Shown here: one piece after another, positions 34,089 through 42,117 of the stretch
Numbering within the stretch: position 1 is the first letter of the stretch
How the letters are laid out: every line of letters begins with the position of its first letter
Source: Blastocatellia bacterium
Lineage (GTDB): Bacteria > Acidobacteriota > Blastocatellia > RBC074
Assembly (NCBI GenBank): GCA_031398365.1
Contig: JANNND010000325.1
Location: 1-45,990, forward strand
Reading direction: 5' to 3'
DNA length: 45,990 nt
Translations under genes and position numbers: made by a program
Notes under the pieces: model-generated
Databases searched by the model: none
Told to the model about the DNA's origin: nothing
Seen by the model: only the letters and a program-made list of their open reading frames with translations

Positions 34089-37000
34089 TTACTTTACGCG
34101 GCGAATGCGATTGTTTTTAGCATCCACAAAGATGACTTCGCCGCTGGAGCTGACCGTGATGCCAACAGTTTGAACCATGTAGTTAATTGAAACTGTTGTA
34201 TCAATATCAATTGGGTCAGTATCTATATCAATGCGAGAACTGGTTGGATTCCCGCCATCTCCGGCAAAACCTCCCATGCTTGCCGTTCCGGCAAAACTGG
34301 TAGCCGTGCCACCAGCAATCGGAAGCTTGAGAATTTGCTGGGTTCCGCTATTCATTACATAAAGATTGTCAGAGGAATCCACCGCAATGTCCCGAGGCCG
34401 ATTGATGGCAATGGAACTGCCAACTGCCGCGAAGGCGCCACTGCCAGCCGCTGTTTCACGCAGCACTTGGCTGCTAGGGCCGGAGACTGCAATTAACAAT
34501 CTTCCTGAATTATCGAAGGCCAGCCCTGTATAGTCACTGGTTGCAGACAAAGTCAGGCTGGAAATAATACCGGTGCTACGCAGGATCTTCCGCACACGTC
34601 GGTTGTTGACATACGATTCAGACAGATAAATGTCTTTGCTTGTTGGATTAACTTCTACATCGGTGGTTCCCACCAGTTTTGCACTGGTCGCAATCCCGCC
34701 ATCCCCAATGCCAGACGGATCGGTGCTACCACCAGCAATCGTCTTGATTTCCCCTGGATTTACGGTAATGGCACCATAGAATGTCACTGCCGAATTGCTT
34801 AGATTCAAGAAGCGTAGTTTGCTTGTTTTTACTCCCATTGCGGTTGGTACGGATTTCCCGAAAGAATCGACAATGTAAAGCCCTTCCGAGGTCCACTTGA
34901 GCCCCTGCAAAGTATAGAAATACGCTAGGCTTGGATCTGTACTTTCATCATTGAGAGGATCAGTGCCATTTTTATTGATGCGGATGATACCATTCGCTGG
35001 CACACTTTGACCGAGGAGCGTTATAGGTGAACTTCCCCGATTAACAAAGCGTAAGGCACTGCCCCCGGAAACATTAGCTTCGGCAATGAATGCATTATTG
35101 TTGCCATCAAGGGCTATCCCTACCGGTGAAGCTAAAATCGCACTCGTTGCCAGACCACCATCATAAGGTTCCGGCAAACCAGAGCCAATGATCGTATTTC
35201 CTGTCCCTGGAGCGATGCTCACATTGGCCAGCGTCAAGGCACCACCACTGATGTTCAGATAGCGAATACGACTGCGACCATTACCAACCTGATCCAACAC
35301 AAATAGTCCATTGCTGTCACTACCCAGATTTAAGAGCGCCAGGCGGAAGTCAAATGTCATACTACTATTGGCCCCTCCATCTCCGCAGACAGAAGAAGAA
35401 TAGTCACATACAATTGCTGAGGTACCGGCAATTGCATTTACAGGGGGTGTATTGATGGTGCCCGTAGTAGTAGAAGCCGTTGCAGCAACAGTATCCGGGT
35501 TGTCTATTCTCACGATTGTATGATCATTACTGTTCGTGATGTAAAGGCTGCCACCCAACAAGGTCAAGCCGGACGGCATTGAATTCCCTGTTGGGACTAA
35601 GACGCCAGCATCAAATGTACCCAATTGAGTAACCAGTTGCATAACCCCTGATTGCACTCGCACAACACGACCGAAGCGGCTATCACTGATGTATACCGTA
35701 TTTCCATCATTACTGACGGTAATTGCCTGCGGCCCAGCCAGTGCGACCGCCGTAGCGCTAGGTGTTGCGCCTGAGGTCGGGTAAGGAAACGCTTGCCAAC
35801 TAAAAGGTCTTGGCGCGGAGGGACCACCGGCAAAAGTGGAAATTGCACCAGCAGGCGTTATCTTCAATATCTTCGAAGAAGTTCCATCTGCAACATATAG
35901 GTCTTTTGAGACAGGATTAACTGCAATCCCTCGCAGGTCCTCGCTCAAAGTGCTGCCTAGTTCGTCATACAAGGTTCCCACATTGCCAACCTGTACGAAT
36001 TTCGTTGCGCTAGCGATTAATTTAATAGGATTGGTATCCATACCAGGGGAAACGTTAATCCAGTTCACCATCTTAACCCCTGAACCAGCATTGGTAAAAA
36101 ACAAAACATTCTTGTCGGGGCTCAAGGCCAAGCCTGTAATTCCCAAAAGATCAATGCCAGCCATTGGGGTGTCATCGGGCGTGAGAATACCGGCCTCTGT
36201 TGGGCGACCAGAGGTAAGATTTTTAATTGAATTTGCTGGAACAGTAATACCAGCGATTTTGAGCGGGGCGTTCGTAGTATTGGCGAAGCGAATAAACCAG
36301 CCGCCTGCTGCCGCTGTCGTCTCAGCAATATACACACCACGTCCCGGATCCACCGCAGTCGCAATGGACTTAATCAGCGGTGCCTGATTGGCTTGGTTAC
36401 CATCGCCGTACAAGCCACCCGCAATTGTCGTGATGGTAGGATCAGAGGTAATAACAGTCTCATTACCGGTTGTATTTGCGGTGAAGGTTGTATTGGTTTT
36501 GGTGACTGAAGTAGTGCTGCGATATTGCAACCCGAATTTTGAACTATTATTGCTTTCTGAGTTGGTAAAGCTAAAGGTGTAATTAATGTTGTCAATAATT
36601 ACCTGTGCATTACCGGAAGGACTGTCGCCGCCATTGCGGACAGAGACAAAATTGAGAATAGAGCTACCGGCTGACGTAGACGAAAAGAACAGTCCGCCGA
36701 AGTTGCCGCCACCAGGAATTTTGTCAAAAACGATTCGTTGGGAAATGCCTGTATCAGCATCGGGAGACTGGCTATATCCGGCATATCCATTGGCCGCAAT
36801 GTTTCCGAATAAGCTCCCGTCCCCTGCTTTCAAATCCATCCCCGCGTCAAGCTGGATGATAGCATTTGGATTGATAGACAACTCTGCACCGGGAGAGCCA
36901 TTGGAATTCCCGACGATTGATGGATTGCCGCTCGCGCCACGAATTTGAATCGGGATGTCGCCTTGTCCAACCAACACACCCGAGCGAGTGAAATCATTAG

Positions 37001-38630
37001 CGGACGCATCAATTTGTACAGCATTGGTTCCGTTATTTCGGATGACGTTAGCAGATGAGAAGTAATAACTTTGATCTGGAACACGCGTATTTGCGTTGCT
37101 GGCATCCAAATCACCCATTCCACCGCCAGTTGAACCAACACCAAGTGCCGCATTTGCGCTCAGCAAAACGGCAACGCCAATATTGTTTTCAATGCGGGAC
37201 CGAGTAAATCCCGTGAAGAAGTCACCATTACCTGTGGCGCGTAAACCATGACCACCGCTGCGTCGCGAGATACTATCCGTAAAGCGCAAGGTTCTGCCCG
37301 AACCACTAATATTGATTTGTGCGCCACCACTGCCGCCACCGAACTCAATTACAGAGTTCTTAAAGGTAAGTTCACTGGTCGAGGCTGAGGTTGCATCAAT
37401 TCCGCCCCAGATAGTTGCGCCAGGCGAACGCGTAATAACAATCTGCGCAGGTGAAGTTGCTGGTACACCAGGAATTCCGCCATTTGCAGTCAAGCTGGCT
37501 CCGACCTGCAAAGTCACGCCATCATCCACATAAATCACAGTGCCGGGCAAAATTGCGCCGGAGATTGTCGCATTGGCGTTGATCCGATACGGGCCGATGT
37601 CGCTGAAGGAAGGGCTGGTTCCGGTATGGGCGCCATCAGGCACACCTGTCACGGTCAATCTGCCCTCCAAAGTGCTTGATCCAAGGCCGCCTGGGGTACC
37701 GCCGGAATTTGTGACGCGCACGCTGTAAATGCCCGGGACAGTGCTAACAGGTACGGTTGCGGTCAATTGTGAAGCAGAGATAACTGATGATGCCAGCGTT
37801 GCCACAACTGCACCGCTCGAATTCAGCAGCGTCACGGTTGGGGAGCTGAAACCTTGGCCATTGATTACAATGGTTCGGTCAACATCGTTCTGAATAGCAG
37901 CAGGTTCGACGCTTTCGGTGGCCACGCCGATATCGGCTACCAGCGTGTAGCGAAAATAGAAGCTTTGCAGTGAAGTGCTGGGAAAGGAGAATGACCAGAC
38001 TCTGGTTTGCGAAGAACTCGGATCAATATCGCCGTAGTCGCGCGAGACACCAAGCTTACCGTTGAGCGCCACTTGGCCGTCATTGAAGTAAGCGCTCGCG
38101 GTACTGGCTACACCACCACGAGAGTCTAGAAAGTCTGTAAAGATCAGACGTGTATTATAGAATTTCAGTGATCCGGTATTGTTAATCCGCATTTCCCCGG
38201 AAACAGTGTTCGAAGGTGCAGGCGGTTGACAAGGAACCGTCGCGCTCGGATTTGCACAAGAGCGGACAAAGGTACGAGTATGCGATCCGTCAGGCAAAGG
38301 TGTCGTGGCATCACTGCGTCCGAAGGCCTTGAAGGTTGCGTGGAGGTTGCCACTATTGGAATTCAATAGCGTCACCTTTTGTGTTTTGGCATCAAAAGTA
38401 CCCTCAAACACGCCGACGATCTTTTGCCTATTCGCGGTTCCAGCCGCTGGCACTCGGCCTACCTCACGATTTGCCGAGGCAGTTGAAGCAGCGAGGGCGG
38501 CGCGCGTGACGGCTACTTTTCGTAGCCCCGCAGCACCAACCATCACCAATAGGGTTGAGACCAATATAATAAGTGTTGTCGAGCGAAATGAATAACGCCC
38601 CAACCTAAACAAAAGTCCGCGACTAGACAT
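34089..38630 (-). CDS. giant exported protein (1513 aa): unknown N-terminal domain, IPT/TIG domain, right-handed beta-helix-like region, and multiple NHL-type beta-propeller repeats
   Basis: SD AAGGAG and an N-terminal anchor (TTLIILVSTLLVMVGAAG). The IPT-like segment is RTIVINGQGFSSPTVTLLNSSGAVVATL...TATVP..VPGIYSVRVTNSGG. A Gly/Asn/Ser-rich beta-helix-like middle follows. NHL-like units include GIAVNPVSKDLYVADGTSSKILKI, ITVSNDGNTVYISDSRFGRVVRV, GLTLLGGSLYITNSNDHTIVRI, DIAVDSSDNLYVMNSGTQQILKL and ITVSSSGEVIFVDAKNNRIRRV. Confidence 0.85.
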   Translation of the reverse strand: MSSRGLLFRLGRYSFRSTTLIILVSTLLVMVGAAGLRKVAVTRAALAASTASANREVGRVPAAGTANRQKIVGVFEGTFDAKTQKVTLLNSNSGNLHATFKAFGRSDATTPLPDGSHTRTFVRSCANPSATVPCQPPAPSNTVSGEMRINNTGSLKFYNTRLIFTDFLDSRGGVASTASAYFNDGQVALNGKLGVSRDYGDIDPSSSQTRVWSFSFPSTSLQSFYFRYTLVADIGVATESVEPAAIQNDVDRTIVINGQGFSSPTVTLLNSSGAVVATLASSVISASQLTATVPVSTVPGIYSVRVTNSGGTPGGLGSSTLEGRLTVTGVPDGAHTGTSPSFSDIGPYRINANATISGAILPGTVIYVDDGVTLQVGASLTANGGIPGVPATSPAQIVITRSPGATIWGGIDATSASTSELTFKNSVIEFGGGSGGAQINISGSGRTLRFTDSISRRSGGHGLRATGNGDFFTGFTRSRIENNIGVAVLLSANAALGVGSTGGGMGDLDASNANTRVPDQSYYFSSANVIRNNGTNAVQIDASANDFTRSGVLVGQGDIPIQIRGASGNPSIVGNSNGSPGAELSINPNAIIQLDAGMDLKAGDGSLFGNIAANGYAGYSQSPDADTGISQRIVFDKIPGGGNFGGLFFSSTSAGSSILNFVSVRNGGDSPSGNAQVIIDNINYTFSFTNSESNNSSKFGLQYRSTTSVTKTNTTFTANTTGNETVITSDPTITTIAGGLYGDGNQANQAPLIKSIATAVDPGRGVYIAETTAAAGGWFIRFANTTNAPLKIAGITVPANSIKNLTSGRPTEAGILTPDDTPMAGIDLLGITGLALSPDKNVLFFTNAGSGVKMVNWINVSPGMDTNPIKLIASATKFVQVGNVGTLYDELGSTLSEDLRGIAVNPVSKDLYVADGTSSKILKITPAGAISTFAGGPSAPRPFSWQAFPYPTSGATPSATAVALAGPQAITVSNDGNTVYISDSRFGRVVRVQSGVMQLVTQLGTFDAGVLVPTGNSMPSGLTLLGGSLYITNSNDHTIVRIDNPDTVAATASTTTGTINTPPVNAIAGTSAIVCDYSSSVCGDGGANSSMTFDFRLALLNLGSDSNGLFVLDQVGNGRSRIRYLNISGGALTLANVSIAPGTGNTIIGSGLPEPYDGGLATSAILASPVGIALDGNNNAFIAEANVSGGSALRFVNRGSSPITLLGQSVPANGIIRINKNGTDPLNDESTDPSLAYFYTLQGLKWTSEGLYIVDSFGKSVPTAMGVKTSKLRFLNLSNSAVTFYGAITVNPGEIKTIAGGSTDPSGIGDGGIATSAKLVGTTDVEVNPTSKDIYLSESYVNNRRVRKILRSTGIISSLTLSATSDYTGLAFDNSGRLLIAVSGPSSQVLRETAAGSGAFAAVGSSIAINRPRDIAVDSSDNLYVMNSGTQQILKLPIAGGTATSFAGTASMGGFAGDGGNPTSSRIDIDTDPIDIDTTVSINYMVQTVGITVSSSGEVIFVDAKNNRIRRVK

Positions 38631-38971
38631 AGTAAAAACTCCTTTTTCCTGGTTGGGCGGGTACGTATACCCGCAGGCTATACAAGTAATATTGCTAATA
38701 GAGCGCCATGTTTATGATTCAGGAGAAATTTTCTCCACGCCGATTTCCCGCTGCATAATCAGCTCATTGTGGCGTTCGGGCCTTCGCGCTCGGGGAGCGG
38801 AAGAAACTTGAATTTATTTGCGGAAGATGCAGAGCCTAAGGACACGGGGTGAAGGATTGGCTGCACCAGATTATTTTAAGATAGCGAGAAACGATAAACG
38901 GGACCAGCGATAGTTCTTGCCAGTGAGGAACTTGTGAGGGATTAAGTTACTTATTATCGTTACCCGAAGGC

Positions 38972-39001
38972 ATTCTAGGTGAAGCTATCCGGCTACGTCA
39001 A
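38972..39001 (-). promoter_or_regulatory. candidate sigma70-type promoter for the giant-protein operon (TTGACG-18-TAGAAT)
   Basis: Minus sense: TTGACGtagccggatagcttcaccTAGAAT. It would give a leader of about 335 nt. Confidence 0.4.
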
Positions 39002-39265
39002 GCTCATTTCTTCACAGCCTCTCGCGACGTTATGCAAATCCTTCCTCCAAAATTTTAATCCATTGGTTCAATAAATATTTTCAGTTTGGCGGTGCCTGCC
39101 AACCTTACATTTACTGTGGCTTTGCAACGAACCTATGACCAAGTGATAACATTGCTTTTTCGAGAGGTAAGCATTTTTTGAAACAACCCAAACTTACTGG
39201 CTATTCATCAGAGCGTGCGACCTTCAATACGCCAAAGAGTTTCTTGATAATTGGCAGGGCGACTA

Positions 39266-39274
39266 TGATAGAAT
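39266..39274 (+). promoter_or_regulatory. candidate extended -10 promoter (TGaTAGAAT) for htrA
   Basis: atgatagaat lies about 100 nt upstream of ATG 39372. The nearest -35-like TTGATA is 19 nt away, which is suboptimal. Confidence 0.3.
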
Positions 39275-39371
39275 CGCGCCTCTTTATCACAGCGCATCAG
39301 GTTCTGACCGCCGTGCCAATAGCCTGCAACATCAATTGATAGCGATCAGAAAGTAATAGAGGAGAATCAAT

Positions 39372-40997
39372 ATGGATAGCGTTTTTAGACCCAGTCACTC
39401 CGACAAACCAAACAGTAATCGTAACTGGTTGCGTGTTGGAATTTTTAGTCTGGCTGTTTTATGCGTCGGAGCTATTGTTGGCTCAGCGCTCACCGTCAAG
39501 GGATGGTCTCCCTTTAAAGGTTCTGGCGACAATGCGCCGCTGGTACTACCCGAAAGTCAGCCACGTATCAATCAATCTTTGACATTGAATACGGGCTTTT
39601 CTGCAGTTGCTAAATCAGTAACTCCTGCGGTCGTGGTCATTCGCACCAAAAGCCGCGTTAACCCGCAACAATCTCCCTTTTTCAATCCGTTCGAAAATTT
39701 AATTCCAGAAGATGATGAAGAGGGATTTTCACAACCACGCCGTCGCGTACCACAACCTGCTCCCAATGCCCCTAAAGGCAAAGATAAGAAAGGGCAACTG
39801 GTTCCGACTGGCACAGGTTCCGGTGTTATTGTGACGCCTGATGGTTATATCTTGACCAACAACCATGTGGTTGATGGGGCTGACAAGGTTGAAGTTGAAC
39901 TTGCTGACAAACGAGTTTTGCAAGCGAAAGTGATTGGTACTGATGCGCCCAGTGATATTGCGGTGATCAAACTTGATGTAACGGGGCTGCCTACTGTTCC
40001 GCTTGGTGATTCCAGTCAAGCCGAAGTTGGTGACATTGTCCTTGCTGTCGGGAACCCACTCGGTATTGGGCAAACTGTCACGATGGGCATCATCAGTGCT
40101 AAAGGTCGCAGTACGACGAGCGGCGGAAATCGCAATTATGAAGATTTTCTGCAAACGGATGCGCCGATCAATCGCGGCAATTCCGGTGGCGCATTAGTCA
40201 ACTTGAAAGGCGAATTGGTCGGGATTCCATCGCAAATTCTTTCGCCCAGCGGTGGCAGCATCGGGATTGGCTTTGCTATTCCTACCAATATGGCGCGCAA
40301 AGTTATGGAGCAACTGGTAGCCACTGGCAAGGTCAAGCGCGGATTGCTGGGCGTCAGCATCCAGCCTGTTTCCGCCAGTCCTGACGTTGCCGAACAACTT
40401 GGTTACAAAGGTAATCAGGGCGTGATTGTCCAGTCTGTCGAACCAGGACTTTCCGCCGAAAAAGCCGGGGTCAAACCAGGTGACATTATTCTCGAATTTG
40501 AGGGCAAGAGGGTGGAGGACTCCAACCAATTGCGCAACATGGTTTCGCAAATCGCTCCCGGTACTGCCGTCAAGTTTAAAGTCTGGCGCGATGGCGCAGA
40601 GCGGGAAATGTCTGCGAGTCTGGTTGAAGCAGGTGACCTCAAAACAGTAGCCAGCAATACACCCGGAGAAGATGACAAGGGAGATTCCGGTCTTGGCGAA
40701 GGCGTCTTATCTGGTGTCAAAGTTGACAACATCACGTCTGATCTTTCGCAACGACTCAACATGACTTCTGGTTTAAAAGGAGTCATCGTGACGGGAGTTG
40801 ATGAGGATAGTCCAGCCGCAGGTACGTTGCGCCGCGGCGACGTGATTCAATCCGTGAATCGTCAACCAGTCAATAATGTTGCGGAATTTACTGCGGTCGT
40901 GAAGCGAACGGGCAATAAAAAAGTATTGTTGTATATCCAACAACAGCGCGGCGGCACGTGGCAAGGTGGTTATCTAACTGTTGCTCCGCAAGAATAA
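39372..40997 (+). CDS. htrA: HtrA/DegP/DegQ-family periplasmic serine endoprotease with two PDZ domains
   Basis: N-terminal anchor. Catalytic triad contexts TNNHVV, DIAVIKL and GNSGGALVN. Two PDZ-like segments (GV.V..V.PG.SAEKAGVKPGDIIL; GV.VTGVDEDSPAA..LRRGDVIQSVN). SD GGAGAA. Confidence 0.95.
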   Translation: MDSVFRPSHSDKPNSNRNWLRVGIFSLAVLCVGAIVGSALTVKGWSPFKGSGDNAPLVLPESQPRINQSLTLNTGFSAVAKSVTPAVVVIRTKSRVNPQQSPFFNPFENLIPEDDEEGFSQPRRRVPQPAPNAPKGKDKKGQLVPTGTGSGVIVTPDGYILTNNHVVDGADKVEVELADKRVLQAKVIGTDAPSDIAVIKLDVTGLPTVPLGDSSQAEVGDIVLAVGNPLGIGQTVTMGIISAKGRSTTSGGNRNYEDFLQTDAPINRGNSGGALVNLKGELVGIPSQILSPSGGSIGIGFAIPTNMARKVMEQLVATGKVKRGLLGVSIQPVSASPDVAEQLGYKGNQGVIVQSVEPGLSAEKAGVKPGDIILEFEGKRVEDSNQLRNMVSQIAPGTAVKFKVWRDGAEREMSASLVEAGDLKTVASNTPGEDDKGDSGLGEGVLSGVKVDNITSDLSQRLNMTSGLKGVIVTGVDEDSPAAGTLRRGDVIQSVNRQPVNNVAEFTAVVKRTGNKKVLLYIQQQRGGTWQGGYLTVAPQE

Positions 40998-41028
40998 CAA
41001 TTTGTGACATTAATGTTACGCTGCTTCC

Positions 41029-41069
41029 AAGCCGCAAGTCAGCCATCTGGCTTGCGGCTTTTTCGTTTT
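41029..41069 (+). terminator. rho-independent terminator of htrA
   Basis: AAGCCGCAAG-(12 nt)-CTTGCGGCTT followed by TTTCGTTTT. Confidence 0.85.
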
Positions 41070-41267
41070 AGTGACATTCTTTCGCTCCACAACTTTCATT
41101 CTGGCAAAGTTCCTTGAAGCAATCAAAATCTGCGTGCAACACTCGCGTGCGAAACTTGCGGCGTTGAAGCTATGAGGCCTTAAGTCATAGACAAATTTTG
41201 CACGTTTTATCTTTCACTGCCTCGTTAAGTCGTTGCAGTGTTTATTATTTTAGGAGGAGAAAAACGA

Positions 41268-41882
41268 ATGGCTAACTTATCTGGCACTGCTTATGCTGCC
41301 AAAGATTACAACTTAAGTGGTTTGACAGGCATTTCTGATGAAACACTCGAAATTCATTTCGCCTTGTACAAAGGCTACGTCACCAACACCAATTTACTAA
41401 ACGAAAAATTGTCCGAGATGATTAAAGGCGGACAGGCTGGAACGCCCGGTTATGCCGAACTCACGCGCCGGCTCGGCTTTGAATACAATGGTATGGTGCT
41501 GCACGAATATTACTTCGGCAATATGAAAAAAGATGGCGGTGGCGACCCCGCGTCCGATTCGTCTTTCAAAGCGGCGATTGAAGCAAATTTTGGTGATGTT
41601 GAGACGTGGAAAAAAGATTTCGTCAGCGTCGGCACAATGCGCGGTGTCGGTTGGGCCGTGTGTTATCAAGACCCCAATACCGGACGACTTTCCAATCACT
41701 GGATCACGCTGCACGAAGAAGGCAATATCGCGGGCTTTAACCCATTACTCGTGTTGGATGTTTGGGAACATGCATTCTTTCGCGATTACAAACCGGCTGA
41801 GCGCCCGAAGTACATTGAGGCTTTTTTCAGCAATCTGGATTGGGCGGCCTGTGACGGACGCATTGTGGCACCAAAGTCATAG
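41268..41882 (+). CDS. Fe/Mn superoxide dismutase family protein, divergent N-terminal motif (204 aa)
   Basis: SD AGGAGGAG before ATG 41268. LEIHFALYKGYV compares with canonical (I/L)xxHHxKHHxxYV; also YNGMVLHEYYF, GVGWAV and LDVWEHAFFRDY (canonical D-x-W-E-H-A-Y-Y). Confidence 0.7.
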   Translation: MANLSGTAYAAKDYNLSGLTGISDETLEIHFALYKGYVTNTNLLNEKLSEMIKGGQAGTPGYAELTRRLGFEYNGMVLHEYYFGNMKKDGGGDPASDSSFKAAIEANFGDVETWKKDFVSVGTMRGVGWAVCYQDPNTGRLSNHWITLHEEGNIAGFNPLLVLDVWEHAFFRDYKPAERPKYIEAFFSNLDWAACDGRIVAPKS

Positions 41883-41885
41883 CGC

Positions 41886-41914
41886 TTGACAGTGTGGCAT
41901 CCATTCCCCATAAT
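41886..41914 (+). promoter_or_regulatory. sigma70-type promoter TTGACA-17-CATAAT for the pheA-aroF leader
   Basis: TTGACA 41886-41891, a 17-nt spacer, then CATAAT 41909-41914. It sits immediately after the SOD-family stop codon. Confidence 0.6.
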
Positions 41915-41934
41915 GCCGCGCGTCATCATCAAAT

Positions 41935-42045
41935 ATGAACAACCCGATTCTCACAACCCAATCGCTTAATAACGTTGCCGCTTGGCGATTTTATTTTAGC
42001 TTTTACTTTAGCAACTACAGCAGGGTTGTGAGGCTCGGAACTTAA
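41935..42045 (+). CDS. candidate aromatic-amino-acid leader peptide (36 aa): MNNPILTTQSLNNVAAWRFYFSFYFSNYSRVVRLGT
   Basis: Not in the ORF track because it is shorter than 60 aa. Hand translation from ATG 41935 to TAA 42043-42045. Codons 17-28 are W R F Y F S F Y F S N Y. It lies between a good promoter and pheA. No obvious SD. Confidence 0.5.
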   Translation: MNNPILTTQSLNNVAAWRFYFSFYFSNYSRVVRLGT

Positions 42046-42075
42046 AGCAAAGTTCAAAAATCAAGAGCCTGCAAA

Positions 42076-42117
42076 AAAGGCCCTGCATTCAATTTGAATG
42101 TGGGGCCTTTCAGTTTT
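42076..42117 (+). terminator. candidate attenuator/terminator hairpin immediately before the pheA ATG
   Basis: aaaggccctgcattcaa / ttgaatgtggggccttt (42076-42092 / 42094-42110; about 15 bp including two G-U pairs), followed by cagtttt and ATG 42118. Confidence 0.5.

Noticed and set aside
39251-39268. Sigma-54-like TGGCA elements (ttggcagggcgactatg at 39251; ctggcaaagttccttga near 41104)
   Set aside because: The GG-to-GC spacing does not fit the -24/-12 consensus (TGGCAC-N5-TTGCW), and the -12 TGC is missing.
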